Positions 1 through 12,200 of a stretch of 64,000 nucleotides of DNA are shown here, in pieces. Every line of letters starts with the position of its first letter. Position 1 is the first letter of the stretch. The translations under genes were made by a program, and so were the position numbers. Location of the stretch: positions 50,964,001 through 51,028,000 of the forward strand of contig NC_043000.1 in the NCBI RefSeq assembly GCF_006345805.1. Reading direction: 5' to 3'. The notes below the pieces were generated by a model that saw only the letters and a program-made list of their open reading frames with translations, did not search any database and had not been told where the DNA came from. This stretch comes from Octopus sinensis. Taxonomy: Eukaryota.

Positions 1-525
1 CTTTCACCTTTATATATAAATGCTTTCACAATGAAATAGCTAATATTCATTGTTTCCTCTTCTATTCAAAATTTGCAATTAATCTCATGGCTTGCTGCTT
101 GTAAGTTTTTAAGTGTGTAGACTAATAATTTTCATTCCATTTCAAGTAACATTTATTGAAAAGTTTTCAGTTGTCATTACACAAACAAAATAATTACAAA
201 AATATCAAAATGATACATCACACTATTCTTCTTTTTTTCTGTTTCTTTTGCTTTATTTTTTTAAATCCATTAGCTGGAATTTAAGATTAATAGCATTTGA
301 AATAAACTAAAGAAAATACTCTATTACATAAGAACTATCTTTTAATCATATATATTTTTACACTTCATTTTTATACCAGCTTTTGTTCTGTTGATGCTAA
401 AAAAAAAAAGGACCCACACATTTGTTTAACATAAGCTTGTCATGAAAATTTTCAATAATAAGATTACCATTTAGAAAATTTCAACTCTTGTAAAGTTTTA
501 TTGTTTATTTCCCTTGGGTGGAAAA

Positions 526-1533
526 TATGGGGGTAAGTCAAAAACTGCATAAGCACTTGTTTTTGTAATTTATTAGAACAAAAACAGAGGTTGATAAATT
601 TCCTCATTTTTCAATATAGTATCCTTGCTTTTCAATACAAGTAGTCCACAAGCTTGTTTATTCCATCAGAAAAGAAGATTTTTGGCTGGTTGAGCCATTT
701 ATGCACTACTTTCTACACTTCTTTGTCTGTAGAAAATTGATGACCTCATAAAGGTTGTTTGCATGGTCCAAAGAAGTGATAATCAGAAGATCAAGATCTG
801 AACTGTATACAAGTGTTTCTACTCCATACACTGTCTTTTGGAATCTGGATCTAAGTGATGAACCCAGATCTCATTTGTGACTAGTCTTTTCAAAAATGCT
901 TCACCTGCATTGTTGTAGCTATTGCATAAGTGTTAACAGATCTCCACACAATTGCACATTATACTTATCTGCTTTGGTAAGCTCTTTTGGCATTCATATC
1001 TCACAGATTTTATGAAAGCAAGCTTGTCATGAGTGATTTTATATGCAGGACCATGACTAATTTGCAGAGAACATGCTACCTTATCAATGGCCACTTGTCA
1101 GTTCACCAGAATCATTTTTTGAGCTTGTCGACTTTTCATGCCAGTGGTGGAGGTTGATGGATGTGCTACTCTCTCCTTGTACTTCATGCTTGTCTGACCA
1201 TTTTAAAACTCCTTGATCCACTCATACACACTTCTAAGTGGTAGAGTGCTATCTCCATAATGAACTGAGAGCCTGTGAGGAATTTCAGCCCCAGACACAC
1301 CTTCAGGAAAGAGAAATGGGGTCACTGATCTCTGTTCTGCTTTGATGCACACTGATAGTGGAGTGGCCATGTTTACTTTGTAATACAAGAGTAAAAGCTG
1401 CAATGATCAAGGTTAAACCTTGATTACCTAATCATAAGAGTACCACCTTTCAGCATGTGCATACTAAAGGCAAAGTGACCAACCTAAAGAAAATTTTGGT
1501 GAAAGTGCAGACAATTTTTAACTTCCCCTTATA
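526..1533 (-). mobile_element. Mariner-family DNA transposon, both TIRs present, shortened and decayed transposase
   Basis: Left end TA|TGGGGGTAAGTCAAAAACTG and right end (reverse complement) TA|TAAGGGGAAGTTAAAAATTG are imperfect TIRs with TA TSDs. Minus strand from ATG at 1370 reads MATPLSVCIKAEQRSVTPFLFPEGVSGAEIPHRLSVHYGDSTLPLRSVYEWIKEF, a mariner N-terminal HTH region. Near 610-710 it reads VHKWL.QPKIFFSDGINKLVD, a mariner C-terminus. Stops and frameshifts lie between. Confidence 0.88.
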
Positions 1534-1636
1534 TATTCAGGCAATCATTACTTGGTTCAGTGGGACATAACCACACCAGTTGACATTTTATATCAAAGGT
1601 TAACATACACACATGTATATATGAAACAATGGTTTC

Positions 1637-1686
<50 letters not shown>

Positions 1687-2241
1687 CTGTCCAAGCAGAT
1701 ATCTTACTTTCTGTAGTGTGAACATGTTTTTTTTTATTGATGTGAATAAGATGTTGTTCAAATTGATGTATCCCTCTGTTGCCTATTGGAGAATTATTAC
1801 CATTAGCTGGGCCCTAATGAACCATTTATCTACAATGGGAAGGCCATTGATAAAAAGTAGCATGCAAACTGCTATAACAAACACTATGAAACATTTCATT
1901 TTACATTAATAATTCTGCAAATCTGCTTCCTTAGGCAGATGTTTTACTTATCAAGCCTGAAAGGATGAAAGACAATGCTGACCTTGACAAGATATGATTA
2001 AAAGGGACAGAGAGCCAGAAAAAATCTGGACAAAAAGAAAGTTCTAACGACTTTACCACTTTCCTATAAAATTGTGAAAGAAAGGATATTTCAAGGCAGC
2101 ATACAGGAAACTTCTATACAAGTGATAAATAGCATTATGAAAGAACCTGATAGTCTGTTAAACAAAAGTAGGAAACTGAATACACAGACCAACAGACCTA
2201 TTGTGTATGCATTGCATGTAAATGTATACATACACATGCTC

Positions 2242-2281
<40 letters not shown>

Positions 2282-2750
2282 GCACACATATATTTATATA
2301 TATACACACACACACATGCACATACAGTATTCAGTTCAAATCTTGCTAATGAGACGGCAGGGCTAAATATGTTGGATGTGGATTTAGGAAACTCTACTGT
2401 TCCCAAACAACTGCAAAACAAAAAAATCTAATCAGAAAATATTCAAAATATAAAAATAAAAAAGATTAAATTTAAAACTAGATCATAGTTGTGTATTTTA
2501 TAAAACACATACACACACACACACATATATAAGATCAGGTGGGGGTGTTTCCAGGGAAGCACTCGACCCAAATACTGGACTATCAACACTGTCAGGTTTC
2601 TGGCAGAAGCCAGAATTCTTCAGGTGGAGAAAATCCAAGTTTCATGATGATTATACCGTAAAATGGGTTTGGCAAAGAATAAATAATCCCATGAACAGAT
2701 GAAGACAAAGAATTTTCTTTGTTTTCTTCATCTTTTCATTGGTATATATG

Positions 2751-2782
<32 letters not shown>

Positions 2783-4253
2783 AATAAAATGTTTTATGAT
2801 GAGTGTTTGGTTGTGTAATTTCCAAAACTGCATGCTGATTGAATCATCAGTGTGCATTTGGCTGAACATTCCACAAACACTTGCACCCTTAATGTAAGGC
2901 ACATGTTATCAGATGGGTTTAGATGTTTCTTCCCACCCAGTTTCTCTCACAACACTTGCATTGATTTATAGTTTTGATAGGATTATGATTGTAATATGTG
3001 GTATCTTGAGTACTTGCCCAAGGACCTTTTGATTTTGAAGTATGCTCCTTAACCATTAAGTTATACTTACAAACAAATTCACAAAAATACCAAAAAATTA
3101 ACATACACTCATATATGCCTGTACCTATGCATTCTAGATTTTTGTTTGATTCTTTTTTTTATTGTTTCATCTTTTCAGTTACTTGTAGTTTGTGACACAC
3201 CTTAACATCCCTAAGGTCACCATTAACATTTCAAAGCTTTCTTAGATTGAACATTAGAGTACAGACCTCATCTGTAGTCTACATAATTTCCTACAGAAAT
3301 AGTCAATATATGATGAAAGCTATAACTATAATACAGTTTGGTCCTAAAATAAATGTACAAATGACTTGCACTAATCCAAAACAAAGACATAGACACCTGG
3401 TGGATGATATTTAAATTTGTCAAAATTCAAATTTCAATGGTAAAAGCTACACCAATCATTATAAAGAGTAGTGGTACATGCCATCGTCACTTCTCCCTGA
3501 GGATAAAAGTACGGAGAAAGAAAATTCTACAAAATTTTGATGATGATTTAGCAATTTTACAGTTCCAAATAAATAATAGGAGCCACGAGCAAAAACGTAA
3601 ATAAACTTTCATAAAATAAATAAAATTAGATTACAATTTATTTGTAATGAAACATGCTTGAAGGAAAAGTTCTTCTATATAAACACATTTATCTATTTCT
3701 GTCCTTTGAATCAGCTATGCAGGCTGCTTTGATCTGCACCTAAGTACCTCTGCTAAAACAAATACAATGTCATTAACAAACCTGGCCACTTATCTCCATA
3801 TCTAAGCCCCTGTTTATTTTTCTTCATTTTCTCCATATTTTCATTCTATTCATTTGTCTATTTATTCTTGTATCTATTTTATTCATTTTTCTTGGCATAA
3901 GGTCTATTCATTTCAATACTACGGGATGGTCAACCAAATCTTTGTGATAAACTTATTCTTTCTTATATTGTCTTTTATTTTTTGATTTTATTGTATCTAC
4001 TTTATTTTACTGAATTCTTTTCCTGAATTCATATTTATCTACTGTCATTGTTTCATTAGTGCACTCCATATATGATAATTCAATTACCTATAACATTGAA
4101 TTCTGCAAAATGCATTTGTTGTCTTTGACTATATAATGAAACTGTTTACTACTTACAGCAGATATGGTGTTTTAACCTGCCATGAAATGTTCTAAAGTGT
4201 AATATGTTTGTTAACTTACTGTGCAATTATATCTACGAGTGTGTGTGTTTGTT

Positions 4254-4289
<36 letters not shown>

Positions 4290-4535
4290 TATACTGATTT
4301 ATATATGTGAGATGAATGATGAAGTATTGCTTATGCACCTAATACAGTTTATTAAAAGGCTGTCAACTATTTGAATAAACATCTGTTCTCTCACTTCTCT
4401 TACCTCATCAGTTTTTATACATGCTCTCTACCATTTCAATTCTTGCATTTTCTGAACAGTAGTGAGGTTGCTTCCTAGCCTTAACCACTGTCTTTGTTGA
4501 TGGCCATGCACAGGGCAGGGAGCTTACTGTGAACT

Positions 4536-4576
<41 letters not shown>

Positions 4577-4580
<4 letters not shown>

Positions 4581-4779
4581 GACCTCGTGTGTACCGTTGG
4601 CGATTTTTTTTCCTCTGTCTTCCCTTCTCTGGATCTTTCTTTCTCCTATGTTTCCGAAGAAGAGCTCCGCTCGAAACGTTAAACCCTCCTTCTTCCCTTC
4701 CTGAGCGTCCAATAATACTATATTTGTTCCATGTCTTTGCGTTGTTGTGTTTTTTTGTGTTTTCTTGTTTGGATTAACT
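4577..4779 (+). mobile_element. Short Penelope-LTR-like element inserted in (TA)n, carrying a hammerhead-like motif
   Basis: CpG-rich ~200 bp island between (TA)n at 4538-4576 and (TA)n at ~4780-4793. Contains GTTT CCGAAGA A GAGC TCC GCTC GAAACGTT AAAC. Family assignment is by recollection of Penelope-type ends. Confidence 0.6.
4650..4684 (+). ncRNA. Minimal type I hammerhead-ribozyme-like fold (core variant CCGAAGA)
   Basis: Stem I GTTT(4650-4653)/AAAC(4681-4684); core CCGAAGA (4654-4660) versus consensus CUGANGA; stem II GAGC/GCTC with loop TCC; GAAA (4673-4676); loopless palindromic stem III (AACGTT); putative GUU cleavage triplet. Confidence 0.6.
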
Positions 4780-6021
4780 TTATATATATATATAATTTTT
4801 GTATTTAGTTGCCATATTGATAATGTGAACCTACATGTTGAAATAGATTTTATGTCTTGGGAAGGTCATTATGCCAATAACAGACACACACTGGTTCTCT
4901 TTCACTTTAATATTATCAGCCAATTCGTTAACATTTAACCAACCAACTAATCAATCATTTCATTCATCGTTTGGTCAGTCAGTTCTGTTGTAATAGCTCT
5001 TTTGTACATATTCAGTACATTATCAATGACATACTTTCCCTACTCCAAGCCTGTTTCAGGTCTGTCTGCCTGTCTCCTAGTTTAAAGGTTATTTTGTGAG
5101 CTGGAGTTTTCTTGCAACCAAATTGATGATGTTGGTTTGCAACCTAGAGTTGATGCATACCTTTATAAAACAAAGCTGTCAAATGGTTATTCTGATCTTG
5201 TGACTGCAGAACATAGTGCTTTTCAGTATTTTGCTAGCTTAGCTAGTTTAGAACAGTTCATTTTTCTATCTGGTTTGCAAGATTCTTGATTTGAATTTTT
5301 ACCTGTAATAGACAAACTCTGAATATTTTTTGTGATTTCTATTACGTATTTAATAGTGCTCCTCTAGATTTAATGCTTAACTTCTATAACTGTTGCTTTG
5401 ATAATTCTTTTCAACATTCAATACTAAAAGTCATGACCACACCAATATAAAAGCCCCAGCAATGTTACTTATGTGTTAAATTAATGTTTGATGCATTTAC
5501 TTTATTTGTCTCCTTACTTAGTGTATGATACAAAGTAATTGAGCTATAGAAATACATATTCTGATGTGAATTTATATCAAAATGTAATTCTTATTCTATT
5601 AAGCAACTTTCAGTATTTTTATTTTGATCTCTATAAACGTTTCTTTTCTATTTTAAGCCTGAGGAAAAAGATATTCTTAGTTATATTTTTCATTCATTAC
5701 ACAGTTCAAGAGTAACTAATAGATTCTTTGCTGTGATAGAAGGAACACCTTCCAACATTGCAAACTAGCAACAATTAAATAACCAGTTGAAACCACATAT
5801 ATAATAGATGTCTTTCAATAACATTCTTCCATTATACAATATAGTAACAAAACAACTGATCTGGTTCATTCTTTCAAATACTTATGCTTAAATGAAAAAT
5901 GAAGCAAAAAGAAACAGAATCACAGTATGATAACACACTAATAAATGTGTTCGCAGTAGAAAGAAAAATGTGAACTTACAATATGTATATATCAAACAAT
6001 ATTAAGAAAGCATTATTAAAA

Positions 6022-6065
<44 letters not shown>

Positions 6066-8097
6066 ATGAAATAATAGCAAATACTAATGAATATCAGTAT
6101 ATAACACAAACAATAATTTCAATGAATTCGTGTTATCAGAGTAGAAAATATAATGAAGCATGCAAATTTCTTAATGTGTCTAAAGTCACATAATTTTCTA
6201 TAATAGATTTACTAATAAAGATAAGAAATTTACTCTGTCTTTAGATATTAATCATGATTTATCTCTCTATATCTAACCCTGGACTGACAAATTAAAGGGA
6301 TTATATGATTATTCTAATCATACTGCAATATAGTAATCAACAAAGCGAAAATACTGCTAAACGATATTCAGATATCAATTGATAAACTTATTTGCCAACT
6401 TCCGAAGTCATGTTAGTGTCAGATATGGCTTTATTTACTTTTGCATCACTCTAATAAAGTCTTGTGGAGGACTATGATTCTTGGGCAGCTAATTCTCTGT
6501 ATCTTGATATACAGTGAAAGTCAATGAAGTATAGTTATCTTCTATCATATGCTAAAGTTTCATTTGGTGTGTATATTTCTTCAAAACTGTTGGAAGTCCA
6601 CATATTCCTAGATTGTACTGAATTTTAACAGAATTTGAGTTTCTAATTAGGGTCAGAAACGGTTTTGCTCATGCTACTAATAGAATATAATATGATACAT
6701 TAATAATTAAAATTTCCCTGATCAGAAACTTAAAATGTTATTGAAATTAACATACAAACACATACTACTGCTACTATAGGTTGTCATTTTTATTGAACAA
6801 AATAAAAATCAGAATGATTGGGATATTTCTAAAAATCTTTAAGTGTCTTCTCTGATATATCTAAAAAACCATTTTGATGCAGAAGCTGGTAATTATTTGT
6901 GAATTAGAAAGAGCATATATACAACAAATGTGAGGTCAAAAACCCAGACATATGAATACTATCAGTGCTTTGGGTAATGATCTTAATGTCAAAAGATTAA
7001 AACTGAAAAACAATAAGCATCTTTTTTGTTTTCACACAAAGTAACTGTCATAACCTTGTGTGCTTGCTGTTGAATGATTCAAAGCATATGTTCATTCTTG
7101 TGCTAATGGTGCACACCACTATTGCCATTTAATAAAGTTTTACTTTATAATTTACTCTTCATGAAACTATCATTGATTGTCTTCAGTCTTAAAATCCTCT
7201 TGTTAAAAATACACATAGAATTCCAATATAAAATTGGATTCTATCTAATTTAATTACTTGTGTTCCTGTTTAAGATCATTTTTTTTTATTATTAAATCAA
7301 TTGAAGATAACTAAATTGTAGTGGTTCATATGTGGCAATTTCTGTCTTCAGGGCAATAAATTAAGCCCAAACACTATTGTTGAATAAATATACAAATGAT
7401 TTATCAAGAGTAATAACAGTATGCATATGTGTATGTGTGTGTGTGCATGTGTATGTACATATTACCATCATTGTTTTAATGTCTACTTTTCTATACTTAT
7501 ATCAGTCAGATGGAATTTGTTGTGGCAAATTTTCTATGGCTATATGCCTTTTCTGTTGCCAACTTCCACTTGTTTCTAAGCAAGTTATTACTTCCTCACA
7601 ACCAGATATATTTTCACGGAAGATTGGGAATGAATGACACCACTTATATGTCTGTGATGCTATTTACAACTATCACTTGATGTCAAAACAAGGACACATG
7701 CACAAATAAAGACTCACACACAAATACACCCCCACAATACATAGACATACATATACATACATACGCACACACTAAGTTCCACAGCAGATATGTGTATTAT
7801 CTCCTGTGTAAGTCAGCTAAAAGATGATGGTCTCCATTGTAGGCAAACTAAATATTTTGCAATACTCCAACCGTAGTCCTATGTTTAGTGATAATCTTGA
7901 AATTTATTTTTTAAAATTCCTATCACACTTGTCAGATATAGTTATTTATTCCCTATTTGTTACAAAAGTGGTTTTCTGTTTGGGTAAAGAGACAGAAATC
8001 AAACAATCAGTACTTCACTAGTAAAAATACTCATAATTAACAATCACATATTTTTTTAACTAAAGATGAGTGCATAGACTGCCTGCTTCTTACATAC

Positions 8098-8199
8098 CAA
8101 CATTTTATCTACTCAAACACTGTACTCAAAATCCTCATCATGTTCACACACAAACCAGCAAATAATTAAGTAAGACAGTTGGTCATGTCACTACTCCGC
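8098..8199 (-). other. Candidate minus-strand exon (non-coding or terminal coding)
   Basis: Minus-strand acceptor tttatttgcttacgattctcatattcaaatag|GCGGAG has a CTTAC branch-like motif. Donor TTG|gtatgt lies at 8098/8097. All three frames reach a stop inside the exon. Confidence 0.25.
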
Positions 8200-9044
8200 C
8201 TATTTGAATATGAGAATCGTAAGCAAATAAACATTTATGGCAGCTCACACTAAACCAGAAGTGACTAACACATGTGTGGAATGTGTGGTTTCCATCAGCC
8301 AACTGTAATCTGATTTTTTATTACGTGCTTCTTATACTGTTATTATATATCCCTATATAAGACAGGCAGTTTAATAACATTGGTTAATTGTGTGCTCCAG
8401 GTTTCAGACCATAGAAATACCTTGCTATGGTATCTGTGGTACTATGACTTTGCTAGACTGCATTGGCAATGGTCGGGATTACTTTAGTGAAATGTTTCCC
8501 TTTATTTATTTAAGCAAAGTTGCAAACAACATTTATGAAAGGCAGCATGCAATTAACATGTGTCGAAGGCTGAAATCAAATAAACTGTTATACATACAAA
8601 GAGGGTGTGACTTAATATACTGTTGTAACTTACATATTAGTACATATGGTATTAGAAATCAGTGAATCAAAGCATATGTAGAGATTTTATGAAATATTTT
8701 AATTGATAAAGTAAGTAGAAGCAGTGAATCCATATTGCATTAACCTATCATAATGAGTATGTAGATAAAAATTACATTATAACAATCTAATTGTAGAAAC
8801 AAATGAATAGCCATTAATTGTCACAGATGCATTGAATGTAACTTATTGAACATTACAATTAGATGTTTTTGTGTAACACTAACAAAATTAGTCTTTTATT
8901 CTTTAACAAACATGAATGACTATTTATTAACTATCATTGTTCAAGATACATTTCCATTCCAAAATTTCATGTTTACATGGTTATTTCTACCAATTTACTC
9001 CACAAAACTTTTTCTCTTATGATTATGTTATCAGTATTGCAAAT

Positions 9045-9248
9045 GTGATGAGCTGACTGAATCATTTGCACATTGGATAAAATGCTTAGTGGCATTACTT
9101 CTGGATTTACAATGTGAGTTCAAATTCTGCTGAGGTCGACTTTGCCTGTTATCCTTTAAGGGTTGATAAAATAAATACAAGACGATGTTGCTGACTTTCC
9201 CCCTCCCCTAGATTTGCTGATCTTGTGCCAAAATTTTAAACCAGTATT
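9045..9248 (+). mobile_element. tRNA-derived SINE, family A (decayed)
   Basis: A-box-like agctgactga and B-box-like gagttcaaattc, followed by gaggtcgactttgcc..atccttt..ggttgataaaataa. The body is shared with the copies at 16448, 26304 and 49096. Confidence 0.75.
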
Positions 9249-12200
9249 TATCCAAAAATTCAAACATTCTTGCCAGTTTCAAAATATTTCAAATTAATGG
9301 ATAATTCAACATGATTTTAATTATTTAATCAAGATGACAATAAGTTTTTTCAATGTATTGTTATTCATGGAAATTGACTTTTATAAATGAGTTCAAATAT
9401 TGCTTATGACAGGTACTTGTATCAATTACAGTTTTGGGTACATAGTAAATTGGGCAATTTCATTATTCAGTTTTCATACAGGCAAGTTCAGATTGGTTTC
9501 ATAAAAATTTTGACTGGCTTACCAATTATTTGAAAATATGTAGTTAAGAGTTATTTGTATTTTTTTTGTTAGTCTTGTATGATAAATTTGCTAATTCCAA
9601 TATTTGAAGTGGAGTGAATATTTGAAAATATTTCCTTTCAATTTTCAATAGTTCATTTCCAATGTTAGATTTTCTACTTAATTATTAACAATATGTTTCA
9701 TAGTCCTCTATTCATTTGGGGAAATAAAATAAAATATTTTTTAATGCCTGATAGAAGCTTTCAGAGTAGGAAATTGAGTCAGTGACTTTATTCTAATTAT
9801 TCTTTATATATATTCTACCTAACTGAAAATAAATTAAAGACGGAAAGAATATTATTAACTAATTCATATTAATGCTTTTTAACTAAACACATGCTTATCA
9901 TTCTTCCAACTCAGCTACATTGCCTTGTTCTCTTTCGAAGCATTTGATAAATTTGTATTTTTGTTTATGATATTAAATGCAAATTTACAATCAGCTGTCA
10001 AATAACACATTCTTTTGGGTTTTTTTTTACTTGTCACAGTCATCAGACTCTGCCTACAAAGGTTTTTGTTGATTATATCATCCCAGTTATGTTTGAGAGA
10101 GAAAATGTAAGCCTGAATTGGGCATGAAATGCCATAATGGGAATATAAAGGAATTTAATTATATATCACATGTTATTTTTGCTTAATGCTGCAAAGATTT
10201 TGTTATCCCATACATATGTGTGTATTATTTATCATTATCACCATCATTGTTTTAGCATCCAGTTTTCTATGCTTGCATGGGTTAGACGAAATTTGTTGAT
10301 GCTAATTTTCTATGGCCAGATGCCTTTCCTATTGCCTACCTTCAACTGTTTCATAGCATGATAGTATTTTCTTTGGTTAGGTTAGTCCACGTTACTCAGT
10401 AAGGAGCTTTGGGTCGGTTTCTTGGTTTCTCTGGTATACATATATCTCTCTGGAACAGACATTAGTCTATCACAGGATTACTCATTTTTACCAGTTGAGT
10501 GGACTGGAGCAATGTGAAATGAAGTACTTTTGCTCAAGATCACAACATATTTCCTGGTCCAAGAATCTAAACTGTAATCTCACTATCATGTGTCCAGCAT
10601 CCTAACCAGTAATCCATTCTCCTCCACAATGTTTCCCACGCTGAAACATTTTTCACAGAAGACTAGAAACATAAAGATGTTGCTTGTAAGATGGTGATGC
10701 TTCTTTACAATCATCTCATGATGTCAAGACAAGGGTATATGCACACACATACATTAGGCTTCTTTCATTTTCTGTCTGCGATATCTGCTCGCAAAACCTT
10801 TGTTAGCACTGGGCTATAGTAGAAGACACCTGCTCAAGATGCTGTATGTACTACAGGACTGGACCCAAGATGACAAGCTTCTTTTCCACACAATCATGGC
10901 TATGCCTCTTTTTTATAAATTTGTAGCTGTGTACCTTCAAATGTGTTATTATCTACCTCAGCCTTACCAATATCAATCTGAAAGTGTCATGCTCATTTAG
11001 TTGTTTTTCATAGTGGTTTTTCCATCTAGCAAATTATTGTTGTAGTTTGATTCTGGGCTAAGATAGAAAACCCATACCCATGATATAACATATTGTGATC
11101 AAACCTGGAAACATGACTTCAAAGTATATATTAAAAAATAACACAGTTCAAATATTTTTTGCCATAGCTCTGGAAGAAAATATAATTTTAAAAAAGTTTA
11201 TTAAATACTAAGATTACTTTTGAGTTGCTTATGATGCTAGGATGATTTCATGCCTAGAAAAGAAACAGATCATAATGTGATGGTGTTTTAAAGTAAGAAA
11301 GTGCAATTTAAACAAGTGAAGTTTGATTAATGGAATATCATTCAATAGCTAAAAAATAGGTACATGGAAAAAATTTTGATACAAGTAATTATGTAATATA
11401 TTTTTATATGTGATAACTCATGAGTAGATTATTTTATTGGATATTCCTTTTTATTTCTTATCTAGTTTCTAAGGATTAACAACATATATGCTTAGAACTT
11501 TGTGCAAGAAAAATATTTAAACCATAATTCAATACATTTTAATATAGTAATACTACTTCATATTACAAACTTTCTTATGTTTGTACGCATGAGAAAGAGA
11601 GGGCAGGGGAGAAAGAGAGAGTGAGAGAGAGACAGCAAAGGGAGTGAATAGGAAATAAAGAGTATATGTGCTTAAATTTTTATTTATTTCATTAATATAC
11701 TCTTTTATTTTACTAATTCACTTTCGTTATGGATTTTATATGAAATGCATGCTGTAATATTCATCTTTAATATGAAATAGATGTAATGTTCATCTTTTGC
11801 CTATAAAAGATTTGAGAATTTGCTTCTCAGCTCCCCAAAACTGCATCATAATCCTGTCAGGTTTAAAAGTTTATTAGTTCTTTTATATTACATTTTTAAT
11901 AATATAAAATGAAGTCCTAGTTCAATTTTGTTATTTCATATCATCTTTATATTATAAAAGAGTGGGTAATAAATTGAGAGAAAATATTTTTATATATTCA
12001 AATGCACAGTTTTCTTACTAATTGAAACTGTTAGTGAAATATTTTTATTTTCTTTAACTTACTGCTTGAAAAATCATCATAATTTTACATCTGCTTTACT
12101 ATGTTATAATGTATTTTACCAAATCGATGCCCTTTACAACACGTATACATTGTGTAGGTGTATGTGTGTGCCTTCATATGCAAGTGTCTTTTACAAAGTA

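Noticed and set aside
2074-2431. ORFs rich in YI, HT and CV repeats here and at 24606, 28487, 32472, 33379, 39209-39754, 51121, 52483 and 60661
   Set aside because: They are translations of (TA)n, (CA)n, (TCTA)n or (ATT)n microsatellites, not genes.
8219-8234. Forkhead-like site aagcaaataaaca
   Set aside because: Expected by chance in AT-rich DNA, and equally explained as the pyrimidine tract of the minus-strand acceptor at 8199.
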